Assembly: GCA_012295275.1 (NCBI GenBank)
Contig: CM022673.1
Span: 25,482,001 to 25,546,000, forward strand
Length of the DNA: 64,000 nucleotides
DNA from: Chrysomallon squamiferum
Lineage: Eukaryota; Animalia; Mollusca
Direction of reading: 5' to 3'
Shown here: piece by piece, positions 1-13,578 of the stretch
Layout: every line of letters begins with the position of its first letter
Position numbering within the stretch: position 1 is the stretch's first letter
The notes under the pieces: model-generated
Told to the model about the DNA's origin: nothing
Seen by the model: the letters and a program-made list of their open reading frames with translations, nothing else
Database searches by the model: none
Made by a program: the position numbers and the translations under genes

Positions 1-85
1 GTTTTACTATCTCAGTTAAAATGTTAAACATTTAAACATGATTTAATAATGAATAGTAGTTGACAGTGAGTGAGTACTTACTTAC

Positions 86-153
86 CAGTGATATCTGCTG
101 AAAGCCTGAAGAATACGACCTGTATCTACCAGCATGTAGTAAGTACAGTGAGT
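86..153 (-). CDS. Candidate further exon of minus-strand gene; 5' boundary uncertain
   Basis: Strong donor CTG|gtaagt at 85. Possible starts are 153 (ctgtag|, (D)SLYLLHAGRYRSYSSGFQQISL), 119 (tacag|, (G)RILQAFSRYH) or an ATG at 135 (MLVDTGRILQAFSRYH). The pyrimidine tracts are weak. Confidence 0.3.
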
Positions 154-2701
154 CTACAGCTGACAGAAGTTGTGCTCTGCTGTGCCAACTCCACTCAGTA
201 ATTTAATATTTCTGACTGAAATCTAATGTAGCTATGAAAGAGCCAATACATTATCACAATTTTAATATTTAAGCATGTCACAGGCAGCATTCTCAGAGAG
301 CAGCCTAATGGATGTTTAATAGCATTGTAAATGCTTTCATAGATTTTAGACCACCCCCCCAAACAAAAAAAAATATATAAAAAAAAAATAAAAACTTTAA
401 AAAGAATAGTTTGTTAATGACCTTTCTGTGACTAATAATGTCAGTATTGTCAGTAATTACATCACACACTTTGTTGTAATGGGGTTTTTACCTGAATCTC
501 GCAGATTAGCAACAAATGAAATTTCTGATACTTGTTTGTATATACAAGGGCTAAAATAACAAATAAGCTGAAACGTCAACTAATGAACTGTGAAAAAAAG
601 CTGTCTTTTTTTTCTCTTCTATCTATATACTGGTTAAGATTTGTAGTCAGATATAACTAATAATGTAAATACAAATCTGCTGTTTTCATTAATATTTATA
701 ACGAGATCTGAATCTGTCAAATTGACACTTAGAGAGAAAAAAGAAAAGAAATAAAAGAAAAAGAATTAAATAATCTATTTTCATTGATTCTTCAAATAAT
801 AACAAAGGTATGGCCTAACTAATACACTATTTCACTTTTGTTCCATATAAAATGTAATAATAGAAATTTTAAATGTAGTAAATTAGTACAATCAGGCAAT
901 AAAGACTCTGATACTGATACAACTTACATACACAGAAAACCCTACACCATGCTAATTAACCCTTTAGGGCTCATGGTGGGTCCAATACATCCAAGCACAT
1001 TTTTTATTTAAATTTCTCATTGAAAGAATTGTGTTTCCTATACCTTAATAATAATAAATGTTCTATGATGCCACTTATATTTTTATTTCCGAACCAATAA
1101 TCCATATAAATAAAAAAAAGTAAAAAAATAGATAGTTCAAACACACACACACACACTCTCTCTCTCTCATGTTTTATATATATATATATAAAATATGTAT
1201 ATGACATGAGTGTATGTATGCTAAAATATCAGATAACCTATTACTTGTCAAATATAAATATATTACCTTGTTGCACAAAATAAAACACTATGATTATGCA
1301 ACAGTTGAGTGGAGTATTAAATAAAAGAATGATATTGTATATAATAAAATAGTGAGATTATTCAACACCTTGGTTCTACATCAAGTTACTGGGTACTCTA
1401 CTGATGCTCTTTATGCATGCTTCATATGCTACAGACAGGTATATTTGTTTTACAAACTGTAAAAATAACATTATTTTTCATAGGCACTTTGAAATACAGC
1501 AGACTATTAGAATCTAGTAAACTCAGTGCAGATGTTAAAGGTTTTGATAAGGTAAAAAAAAAGTAAAAAATAATAAAATTGAGCTTGTTTATAGATGAAA
1601 CACATAAAATACACTTTTATTGGCTATACTGATTATATACATTGCTATCTGAAATTCCATGTATTCATTGTTTGTTATATAAACTACATAAAGAAACCCA
1701 AAACTTTATGAATAATGATCTTCATGTAAAAATCATTATGGTTTCTCAGTATTGTCCAAGTAGAATAGTTTTGAAAATCCAAGAATAAAATTAGTTTGTT
1801 TCTCAACTATTAGTGTTATTTGAACTCTTTTCCTTTATTTTCTTTATTTTTTGTTGTTGAAAATTTAAGATGATAAATTTCAAGATGAAGGATTCAGTAT
1901 GCATTTTGACATGTTCAGTGTGTTTAAAATATTAAAACTGGCTATTAATTATACATATGAATTAATAAGCATCGTTCTTTATTTAAGTTTCTATATTTAC
2001 TCCCTTAGCACAATATAAGAAATAGATTTCCAGTTTTTATGATTTTTAATTAATCATTAATTTCTGTTAATCGAATATTCAATAATAAAAACAAATGCAT
2101 GCAGATTTATAGTGTGTGTATAGGATTTAGTGTCATTGTCACTGATTTAATGATTTAGTAAGATATATGTATTAAATTTGTATGATAAATATTATATTTC
2201 TTGTATTTGTATGATAAAAGATAATATTTGTATGATATACAATAATTGATGAAACTACTTGTTTGTAAGATAAGTGGTACACTACTTGTATAATAAATTG
2301 TACAATATCAGTATTATAATAATGATAACTGATGTAGTACTAATAATGATGGATGATGTAATGTCTGCATGATAAAAAATAATATAAATAAGTTATTATA
2401 AATGAAAAACAGAAATTTATTTAGCTAAGAAACGAATAGCTGATTTGCAAAGAATTTGATATTACATTCATTCCTTTTAATTCACAAATAAAATAAGGCA
2501 ATTCAGTGAATCGACATTTCATCACAGAAACTGGCTACTGTTAACAATGAGGGATCTTTAATATTCTTCAGCACACATCCACTCACTGTGCTCTTATTGG
2601 AATGGGAAATGCTCCGTTGATGGGACTTGATGTTGCATGAATTATACTCATCTGGATGACTGAACACTGAGCAGAGGATTGTGGATTAAAGAACAAACCT
2701 A

Positions 2702-3180
2702 ACTAGGCTGTTAAATAACACTAGGCTGTTAAATAACACTAGACTATTAAATAACACTAGGCTGTTAAATAACACTAGACTATTAAATATCATTTTATAG
2801 ATTATATAAAACTAGACTATTAAATATCACAGTTAGACTAGTAAATAACACTAGACTATTAAATATCACGATAGACTATTAAATAACACTAGACAATTAA
2901 ATATCACGATTAGACTACTAAATAACACTAGACCATCAAATATCACGATTAGACTTTGAAATTACCCTAGACACACTTAACACACGAATTTCAAAAACGG
3001 TAACATCAAAACTGCCAGATATCACTAGACTATTAAATATTACTAGACTATTAAATATCACGATTAGACTGTTAAATAACACTAGACTTAAACATCACGA
3101 TTTCAGACTAATATAAATAACATTAGACTATTAAACGTCACAATCAAGACTGTTTAAATAACACCATTAGACTATCGCAG
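2702..3180. repeat. Minisatellite, 18-22 bp unit (actagactattaaataac / actagactattaaatatcacgat)
   Basis: Visible tandem copies that degenerate to the right. Confidence 0.9.
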
Positions 3181-3411
3181 TGAAACATCTGACTTTCAGG
3201 CAGAGGCACCACAACCTCAAGACCAGACTATCGCACTACAACATCACTTGAAAACTCTTGACACCAGACTATCAAACTTCAGTATCAGAGACACTTAACA
3301 CTGAACTATCAAACTACAATATCAGACACACTTAACACACGATTATCACCGGGGTGTATCAGAATTTCAAAAACGGTAACATCAAAACTGGCAGATATCT
3401 TGAAAACCGAG

Positions 3412-3443
<32 letters not shown>

Positions 3444-4135
3444 AAAGAAAGAAAGAAAAGCTACATTATTAATGAAATTGATATATTTAATCAGTTTTGA
3501 TTAATTTAATTAAGAGAAGTAACGAGATCTTTCTCCAATGACATCTGTTAGCTGAGAGTAGTTCTGGGCTACTTGACGCAATATTACGCTACTCAGCATC
3601 AAAGGTCAGACACTTGAAAAATGCACAAGCGGAGCTCATTGTGTTGCCTGGCATGTCCCCCCACTTTACAGCAAACTCAGCCTGCGATCTGACACTTGCA
3701 GGAGTCTGGTTCAAATGATAGTGCAGGAGTTTCAGTTGATTGCAGACACAAGGCAATTGAAGTCGTGACCTCTTGAGATTTTTTTTTTTTTATACGAATG
3801 TTTTTTGTTTTTGTTTAGCTTTCTTTTTTTTTTTTTTTTTTTTTTTTCTGTTTTATCTTTTTTAAATCTTGTTTGTTTCATTCTTTCTTTCTTTCATTTG
3901 GTTGATTTTTTTTTTTTTTTTAAATTATTTATAACAATCTGAATAAAATGTTTATATCAGGTTTTTTTTTTTATTATTCTTTATTCTTCTTTTTTCTTTT
4001 TTTTTTAGTCTTTTAATTTTTTTTTTAACTCACTGAAATATGATCGCATGGTTGTAATTTGTTTTTTATTTTTAATAATCTGTACAAAATATTTATAAAA
4101 AAATACTTGTCTACTTATTATTGTAATATTTATTT

Positions 4136-4170
<35 letters not shown>

Positions 4171-6489
4171 GTTATTTATTTATTTATGTTTTGCCATTGA
4201 TATGAAAACATATTATTTTAACTCATGAAGGAATGAAATTTATGACTTTATTTTAAAATTATTTTAGGTAAAGGATAATTTACACATTAATAATACTATC
4301 AGTTACATAAATGTATTTGTTTCAGCAACAAAAAACATATTTCTGGTTTCGCCATAAATACATAAGATATAAAAAAACAAAATCTTGGTTTTTAAATTCA
4401 AAACACTGAAACAAATTTTTATGCAGGATGAAATATTACAAACCAAAAAAAAAAAAAAAAAAACAAGAAAAAAAAATAAAATTGTTTAAATTATTTAAAT
4501 TCAAATTAGTGAAATAATTAACTGAAAACAGTCACAGAATCCTCTGATTAAAATTTAATCCATATTTCACAAGGTTTCGCAGGCTGGCATCATTAAAACA
4601 TACTAATTTGCCTGGTAATTACGTAACCTTTTTTTCTCTCTTTTTTTTTTTTTTTTTTTTTTTTTTCTTTTTCTTTTCCAAAATGCCAACTCTTCTTATC
4701 TTATTTTTGATGCCATAATTACCTCCCTTTACACATTTTAATCTGTGTATCCTCACTTAGCTGGAGGAATGAGCATCGAAGATATCAAATGAAAGCAAAT
4801 GATTAATGTTTTCTGACATAACAAAATAGAGTACTACCCACTGCCTGGGTTTTCAAGCCTATGTTGCTTGTCAGTGAACTCGAAACCCTAGAAGAAATGT
4901 TCTATTTAAGCAGAGAAAAAGTTAATCAGAAATGTTCATTTCATGAAGGACTCGTTAATTATAAAAAGTGACTTGGTGTCAGATCACATTAGCTGCAGAA
5001 ATTGCATAACGCTAGTATCAGCACATCAAGAGAAGAGAGAGAAAGAGAAAGAGAGAGAGAAGAGAGAGAGAGAGAGAGTTAGAGAGAGCACTCCTTCAAT
5101 TGGAATAAAGCACCAAAAAAAAAAAATAGAAAATAAAAAAGAGAGGATCAAATCCAGCATTTAAGAAATGGAAGTGCAATTACATTGGAACGCACTTTAT
5201 CCCAAAATCTCCCATTTCACGCTGACAAGCATGTGTATATGTAATAAATCCATTTGCCAAGATAGTTGGGAGAAAATGGAACCAGAGTCCATTCTTTCCA
5301 TTAGTAGCTGTCATTTCGGAGATAGCACCAGTGATTGAAACCCATGGGAGGAATTAGCTAATAATGCAAGTGTTTATATTCTTTCATCAAGGCCTGCCAC
5401 AAGCACTCGGAAAACCGCTGTGTTCTCTGCAAATACTTTCTAATAACAAGATGGCTCTGATATATTGCTTGCACAAAGGGCATAATTCCATGATGAGTTC
5501 AAAACGGCAGAAATAATGGAATTGGACAGTCACCAGCCCGCGTTAGCCTGGCTTTAACCGCAGAATGTCGAAAACAAAACAGAATTAAATGTCTGACCAC
5601 ACAAATGTCGTTTTTTTTTTTTCTCTCACATCCGATTCTTTAACACACATTTTTCCTTTTTTTGCTTCAACCTTTGCTAATTACGTTAATCAAACATTTT
5701 TAGCCACTTTCTGTGAAAATAATTAACCTGTGGAAATTGTTTTTGTGATAAAATAAATTAATTATGACTTTATGCAACTAATTATTATCACCAGATGAAA
5801 ATGATCATGTAAATGTGACCTCTGACCATTTCCCCAGTGATAAATGTTTTTTGGACAATATTTTAATAAAACCAGAAAACAAAATATGAAATGAAATAAA
5901 ACATTGATGAATCATTAATTATAGTCAGTGGTTATTATTTGCATGGTCTTATTTGTTTCTTGCTTGCTTTTGTTTTATTTAATGTTTGTTTTGTAACAAG
6001 AATAAGCATAAAAAATTATATTTATATTTTTATAAAACATTGCACAAACATGAAAAAAAAATATGTTCTAAATAATCTTAGTATGGATGTTGTTGTTTCT
6101 TTTTTTATTTTTTATTTTTTTTTGTAATCTTTATTTATTAATGTTTGGAAAATAAGTAGAAAACGTATTTGTTAACATCATTTAAAATTTATTTATGCAG
6201 TGTATTTTGTTAGTAAAAATTGTGTTTCTTACATAATTATTACATCTCTATCCTCTCACTTTCAAGTCTTTATTTATAGCGACATAGCCAGAATACACGT
6301 CTTATTATCCAATATGTAAGATAAACCACATTAAATAAAACTGTTTACAAAGCCAGACACTTCGCTAATGAAATCATTCTGCTGTCAGATGAAACATCAT
6401 CATTTACAACCGTTAATTTATCACATGAAAACAAGCAGACAGCAGCTCAGAGAACAAAATATAAACCTAAATTATAAGCTTGTTCATTA

Positions 6490-6660
6490 CCCAGTGACTG
6501 TTTTCCCGTTCCAGTCAGCATCTCATAACTGATTTATCAACAAATGTCATACAGACTTTTCCTGACTGTTGGAAGGTTGATATAAAAGATTCCTTGCTGC
6601 AGAATGAAAAAGAACAGCCTGTGATGTTTTGTCGCTGATTTCATCTTTATGTTCATATCA
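6490..6660 (+). mobile_element. Decayed SINE-like dispersed repeat (Nin/Deu-domain-like core)
   Basis: Core cctgactgttggaaggttgatataaaagattccttgctgc; 6583-6599 is the exact reverse complement of 15669-15685. Family assignment is from memory and boundaries are approximate. Confidence 0.55.
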
Positions 6661-6845
6661 TACATCCAACATTTAACAAATCATTAATATTAGAATATGT
6701 TGAGATTCCATTAAACAAAACATTCATTCATATATATATAAACAGACAAAAAGCATTACAACACAATAACTACAATGAGAACAAACAATATAAAGAAAAC
6801 TACAAGAAATTTCATTTTCTAGAACTGTCATCAGCTTCAAGAAAG

Positions 6846-6886
<41 letters not shown>

Positions 6887-7246
6887 AGAATAATTTTCAG
6901 ACACTGGCCTTAAATGGAAAAATGACGAGAAATGACAACATGTCAATATTTGTGTAGTCATTTGCAGCTAATTAAATAGGAAATTAAAATCTCTGTGAGT
7001 CTGATGAAAATATACCTCATTATGGAGATAGACCATTAGCTCCGAAATGGCAGAGGGATAAATTGAAAACAGTAAATTACTAGGGAAATCTGTGTGTCAA
7101 ATAGTGCAGCCACATCAAATAATTGAATGCAATCACTGAGTGTATGAAATCAACACAATATTGAAAGAAAAGTGATTGACGGGACCAAGCAGGCCAGGGA
7201 CCAATCGTGCGGGCTAAAAGCTTGTGTGTCTGATAACACAGCCTAA

Positions 7247-8730
7247 TAGCTTCATATTACAAACATGCATCTCACCACAGTTTAATACTGAAGTATATTA
7301 CGTATTAAATATAGCTTCATATTACAACATGTATCTCACAGGAGTTTAATACTGAAGTATATTACATATTAAATATAGCTTCGTATTACAAACATGCATC
7401 TCACCGCAGTTTAATACTAAAGTATATTACGTATTAAATATAGCTTCATATTACAACATGTATCTCACAGTAGTTTAATACTGAAGTATATTACATATTA
7501 AATATAGCTTCATATTACAACATGTATCTCACAGTAGTTTAATACTGAAGTATATTACATATTAAATATAGCTTCATATTACAACATGTATCTCACAGTA
7601 GTTTAATACTGAAGTATATTACTGATTACAACATGTATCTCACAGTAGTTTAATACTGAAATATATTACGTATTAAAAATAACTTAATTTTATAACATGT
7701 ATCTCACAGTAGTTTAATACTGAAATATATTACGTATTAAATATAACTTAATTTTACAAACATGCATCTCACCACAGTTTAATACTGAAGTATATTACAT
7801 ATTAAATATAGCTTCATATTACAACATGTATCTCACAGTAGTTTTATACTGAAGTATATTACTTATTAAATATAGCTTCATATTACAACATGTATCTCAC
7901 AGTAGTTTAATACTGAAGTATATTACGTATTAAATATAGCTTCATGTTACAAACATGTATCTCACCGCAGTTTAATACTGAAGTATATTACGTATTAAAT
8001 ATAGCTTCATATTACAACATGTATCTCACAGGAGTTTAATACTGAAGTATATTACGTATTAAATATAGCTTCATATTACAACATGTATCTCACAGGAGTT
8101 TAATACTGAAGTATATTACGTATTAAATATAGCTTCATATTACAACATGTATCTCACAGGAGTTTAATACTGAAGTATATTACGTATTAAATATAGCTTC
8201 ATATTACAACATGTATCTCACAGCAGTTTAATACTGAAGTATATTACGTATTAAATATAGCTTCATATTACAACATGTATCTCACAGGAGTTTAATACTG
8301 AAGTATATTACGTATTAAATATAGCTTCATATTACAACATGTATCTCACAGCAGTTTAATACTGAAGTATATTACGTATTAAATATAGCTTCATATTACA
8401 ACATGTATCTCACAGCAGTTTAATACTGAAGTATATTACATATTAAATATAGCTTCATATTACAACATGCATATCACAGCAGTTTAATACTGAAGTATAT
8501 TACATCATTAAATATAATTTAATTTTACAACGTGTCCTGCACAACTGTATTGCTTAGTATGTATCTCACAGTAGGTTAATACTGAAATATATTACGTATT
8601 AATGTTAACTTAATTTTACAACATGTATCTCACAGTAGTTTTGTACTGAAATATATTACGTATTAAATATAACTTAATTTTACAAACATTCATCTCACAG
8701 CAGTTTAATACTGAAATCTATTACATATTA
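7247..8730. repeat. Minisatellite, 64 bp unit, about 23 copies; decayed copies continue to ~9350
   Basis: Unit aaatatagcttcatattacaacatgtatctcacagtagtttaatactgaagtatattacgtatt; period checked at 8061 and 8125. Confidence 0.95.
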
Positions 8731-9614
8731 ATTTTACCAAATATACTCTGTTGTTAGTTTTATACTGAAAAATATTAAATATAACTTAATTTTATAATGT
8801 ACTAAACAGTTATATTGTACTGAACTATGTTTATAATGTGTATCTGACAGTAGTATTATACTAAAATATATTAAATATTAAATACAAAAACTTAATTTTC
8901 CATCATATACTCTATGGCTGTATTGTACTGAATTATATTAATATAAATTATATTTATAATATGTATCTAACAGTAGTGTTATACTGAAATATATTACAGG
9001 ATATACTGTATTAAATTAAATTTATTCACATTAAACTATATTAGTATGAATTATTTATATATATATAACCAACATATATAACCAACAGCAGTATCATATT
9101 CAAAAATATATGGTACTAATATTAAATTATTATAACATTTCTATATATCTTAGTTGTTTAATACAGAAGTATATCTGATATTATTATTAAGTATCATAAT
9201 ACATTTCTCATACTAATATTAAATATGATAACTTAATTTTAGAATATGTATTTTACCGTAGTATCATATCGAAATATATTTGATATTAATAACTTCATTA
9301 CTTATAACATGTATCTCACTGCATATCAAAATACATCTGGTATTAATATTAAATCTCATAATAACTTTATGATATTCCAAAAAATATTATTGCTCTGTAT
9401 ATCTGATTAAATAGTAAATGTCATAAAAAAAAAAATAACATCAATGAAAAATAATAATAGAATTTGTTGATCGTCTATTATTAAAGATATAACAATGCAG
9501 ACATATTGTAAATTGAGAAGATGTCATAATAACATAACATTGTATTAGGTATAAAGGTAATATCGAAATGAAATTTGTTGTAAATGTTTAGATAAAATTA
9601 TAATGAAAATCTTT

Positions 9615-10029
9615 GTGTGTGTGTATTTGTCTGTGAATGTGCATTATGTATGTTTATGTTTATCTGTAACTGTATATATGTATATATGTATGTATGTGTA
9701 TGTTTATATGCACATGTACATGCATATATATGTGTGTGTGTGTGTGTGTGTTTGTATCTTTAAGTGTATATATATATGTATGTATGTGTATCTAAGTATG
9801 TCTGTACATCTGTATGTATATATATGTATGTGTAGATGTATTTTTATGTATATATATATATATGTATATGTATGTATGTGTATGTATATGTATAGCTGTA
9901 CATGTGTATGTGTATATGTACATTTTTGTATATCTGTGTGTGTATGTGTACGTTTTTGTATATCTGTGTGTGTATGTGTACGTTTTTGTATATCTGTGTG
10001 TGTATGTGTACGTTTTTGTATATCTGTAT

Positions 10030-10065
<36 letters not shown>

Positions 10066-10102
10066 CTGTATGTGTGTCTGTGTGTGTTTGTGTGAGTGTG
10101 TG
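9615..10102. repeat. Compound (TG/TA) microsatellite containing a 30 bp unit in about 4 copies
   Basis: tatctgtgtgtgtatgtgtacgtttttgta repeated at ~9930-10030. Confidence 0.9.
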
Positions 10103-12618
10103 AAACACAAAACATGTCACTTTCTAGATTAACCTGTCACTACTGTTCTGCATGTAGTTGTGACTCCACTTTCCCAGTAGTCAGAGTAGTGTTATTATAC
10201 AAGTAAACGATGTTGGTGATAAAAACCTGCTCAGCCAAGCGGAACAATTACACTTGTAGCAAATCTGTTTTAAAATTGTATAAGCAAACACAATCAGTGT
10301 GTTTTACAATCGACTCACACGTAACTGATTTTCTGCTAAAAAAATAATAAAAAATAATAAAAAAATAAAAAAAATAAAAATAATATTACCACTCGTCAAG
10401 AGTGCTACTACTTCCATTAAGACACACATCAAGTTTAGTCAGAAAACAATAGAGGCGTGAAATTTGAAATTTGCCAAACACAGAGAGGAGACGAGATGAA
10501 GGGATTAAGTTGACAAACTTCGGTACGAGCCGTCATCTGTTGTAGTAAAAGTATAATAATGAAAAGATTCGTGTGTTGAGCAGAGAAAAAGAAAAAAAAA
10601 TTAAAAAAAAATTTTAAATTTGTTTTTCTGACCTAATAAACAAACAATTCTTCTCTTTTATAAAAAAAAAAAAAAAAATAACAAGTGCAGTTCTCTGTTA
10701 TTTTTATCTCAAACAAGAATTTTTTTTTTTTTTTTTTTTTTTATAAAATAATTTCATTTTAAATATGAGTATTTGATTAGCCAGAGTTTTATACAAATAA
10801 TGTAATTTTGCTCCAGCAAATATCTCCATCATCAGAAAAACTAACAAAATATAACTGATAGGTTTGGGAACGTTAAAAAAAAAAAAAAAAAAAAAATGTT
10901 TGCATTTAAACTGGAATTGTTTGTTTTATAATGAAATGCAAGTTAAATGATGACTGAATTTCAGATTTACCGAACAAATCGGAGCTGTGTTTGTTATCTC
11001 TAGGTAATGAAATGGTTGTTATGTTTCAAAATAAATATAAAACTGAACGGCAGTAAATTAGGTACATGCGAGGTAATGCCGTTACAGAAATAATCTCTTT
11101 TTCAGCAGGAACCGCAGAATGCTACTTTGCATGTGTTTGACGTTACATTTAACGTGTGTTTATTATTTAATTTAAAACACAAACCAACTGCAGTTCAATT
11201 TCGGTATTTAAAAAGCCTGTAGAATTTAGTCAACAGATTCACATCAGTGAAGAATGACTAGTAGTTATATCAGAACAAATATTTCAGTCAGCTATTTCAA
11301 ACAGTCTAACATCCACTGCAGGTTCAAGCATGGCTGTCTTGGACACCCAATCCAGGAGAACAGATGGTGTTACTAAGACTGTGTCAGTTAGTTAGTTAGC
11401 AGGTTAGTGAAAAAGAAAAAAGAGTGTGATGACTTCTGTATCCATCCTATATGAAAAGTGATAAAAGCAGATGCTGGGTTTTGACCCCTCTGCCTATCAG
11501 TCTTACAGCTGGTGGTTTAACAAAGACACTATTGTGAGTAGCAGTGAAAAGTAGTTTTCTTGTCCACAGGAATTTTCACTGATTAAGCTGTTGATCTTTA
11601 CAGTGGCTAGGCATCAAGATCACATCCCACAAAGTGTCTCTCCACAGCTGATTAAGTTGGTTAACTGCTGCCATTTTGAAGGAGTAACCCAAACAATCGT
11701 AACAAGAGAAATCCCATCTATGGCTTTGTAACAAAATTAGGTTTGACTTTTTAAAAATTACAAACTGTAAGAGAAAGACTGAGGACAGACTGTAAAATTA
11801 AAAAAAAATTAAATTAAATAAAATAATTCTTAATCAAAGAATTAAAGATTAATTCATAACTGAAATAAATAAATATACAGTTCAGATATGTAATATAAAT
11901 CACATAAATTCACACACACGTCACACTTACTAACATATACACAGGTACATACATATACAAGTTGCCTCATTTTTGTTTACTAATCTCTGAAAAAAAAAAA
12001 AAGCCCACCCAAACTTGCATGAAGAGTACATTCAAACCTATTCAACTCCAAGTATTACAGAAAAATCCAGTTACTGGATGCTAAATTAAACCAACTGTCA
12101 AATTACATGGCAGTGGTGAACATTATAAGAAAACCTGAACAGCAGCTCCTGACGTAATTTAATTTTGAAATTACTGTGTAAATGTTGGCATAAACATGTG
12201 TTATATGTTTCTGTCTGATGTACAAAGCAATTAACAAGACATTTATTATAAGTTTTACAATGTAAGGTCCTTAATGCCACCACCACACATGTGGTTTTTT
12301 GAAGTATTTGTACATTTTATCTCACTCTGCATACAGTGAAACCTCTTTAAATGGAAAACCCTAACATGAAGAATACGACATTGTCGTTGTTTGTAAGAAG
12401 GTGCCTGAAATTGATGAACATGCAACCAGGATCTCCAAAATAAACTGTACTAGAGAATCCTGATGGGTCTTGAGAGGTCATAGTTACTCTATGTATATTA
12501 TTAAACTTTCCATGTATGTTTTAAAATCGTTGAAAATCTGTAACTGTTTTGTTGTTACACTTTCTGCACTGTTCAGAGCATGTTACACTTTGATTTAATA
12601 TCTTCATTGACTGCAATC

Positions 12619-12624
12619 ACACAC

Positions 12625-12684
<60 letters not shown>

Positions 12685-12769
12685 CCTATATATATTCATA
12701 TACATAGATTGTTTATATATCCACACACACACACACACACAAATTCACACCATACACACATTCATATAC

Positions 12770-12831
<62 letters not shown>

Positions 12832-12838
12832 CACACAT
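12619..12838. repeat. (CA)n microsatellites
   Basis: Long CA runs directly visible. Confidence 0.9.
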
Positions 12839-13129
12839 ATATACAACATATATATAGTTTAACACTGACTTATTAAATTAACAGAAAATTATTAAAAGTA
12901 TTCTTACTGATTAACAAATGTTAGTGGTGATATAATGTATGTATCAATAGAAAAAGCACAAAAAATACAGGAACTTAAAGTGAAGAATAGATGACAGGCA
13001 TACATCAGTGAAACAGTACATTAAAATTAAAGAGAAAAGACCACTATTACATCACAGTATAAACAAAAACTGTAAATAATATTAAAAACCACATATAACC
13101 TAAACTGTAAACTGTGTATGTAACTCAAA

Positions 13130-13445
13130 ACTACAAATGAAAACTACATGCATTTAAAATCTGTAGACTAACAGTTAATATATACACATAACTGAAAACT
13201 ACATACATTTAAAATCTGTACATTACTATACACATAACTGAAAACTACAGATATTTAAAATCTGTAGACTAACAGTCAATATATACACATAACTGAAAAC
13301 TACATATATTTAAAACTGTACACAAACTATATTTAAAATCTGTACACAAACTATACACATAACTGAAAACAACACAAACATTTAAAATCTATACACAAAC
13401 TATACACATAACTGAAAAACTACGTATATTTAAAAATCTAAACAC
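13130..13445. repeat. Degenerate minisatellite, ~45-55 bp unit
   Basis: Recurrent tatacacataactgaaaactaca...atttaaaatctgta. Confidence 0.85.
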
Positions 13446-13509
13446 TGACTGTAAACTGTATACAACTGCAACATACAACTCCGTATACAACATGTAACAC
13501 ATCACCTAC

Positions 13510-13578
13510 CGTTGATATGTGTCTGTGGGTTGTTAGCGTACACAGAGTCAAGTGTACGAGAGAAAGGAAGCTGTGAGT
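13510..13578 (-). CDS. Small coding exon of minus-strand gene
   Basis: Acceptor ttcttctcgctag| and donor ACG|gtaggt; 69 nt, phase 1-1. Reads (D)SQLPFSRTLDSVYANNPQTHIN, in frame with the 26957 exon. Confidence 0.6.

Noticed and set aside
86-215. 130-nt exon from the ttcag acceptor at 215, including possible TGA readthrough
   Set aside because: All three frames contain TAA or TAG stops, so a selenocysteine reading does not rescue it.
9603-10132. Overlapping VCVC/THTH ORFs (also at 12580, 19898-20306, 24757-25322, 28103-28446, 30425-30692, 39668-40113, 43109-43367)
   Set aside because: These are translations of (CA/TG)n microsatellites with no coding signal.
12332-12515. TA-CAGTGAAACCTCT, a pogo-like left terminus
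   Set aside because: No convincing matching right TIR was found (only a degenerate gagaggtca).
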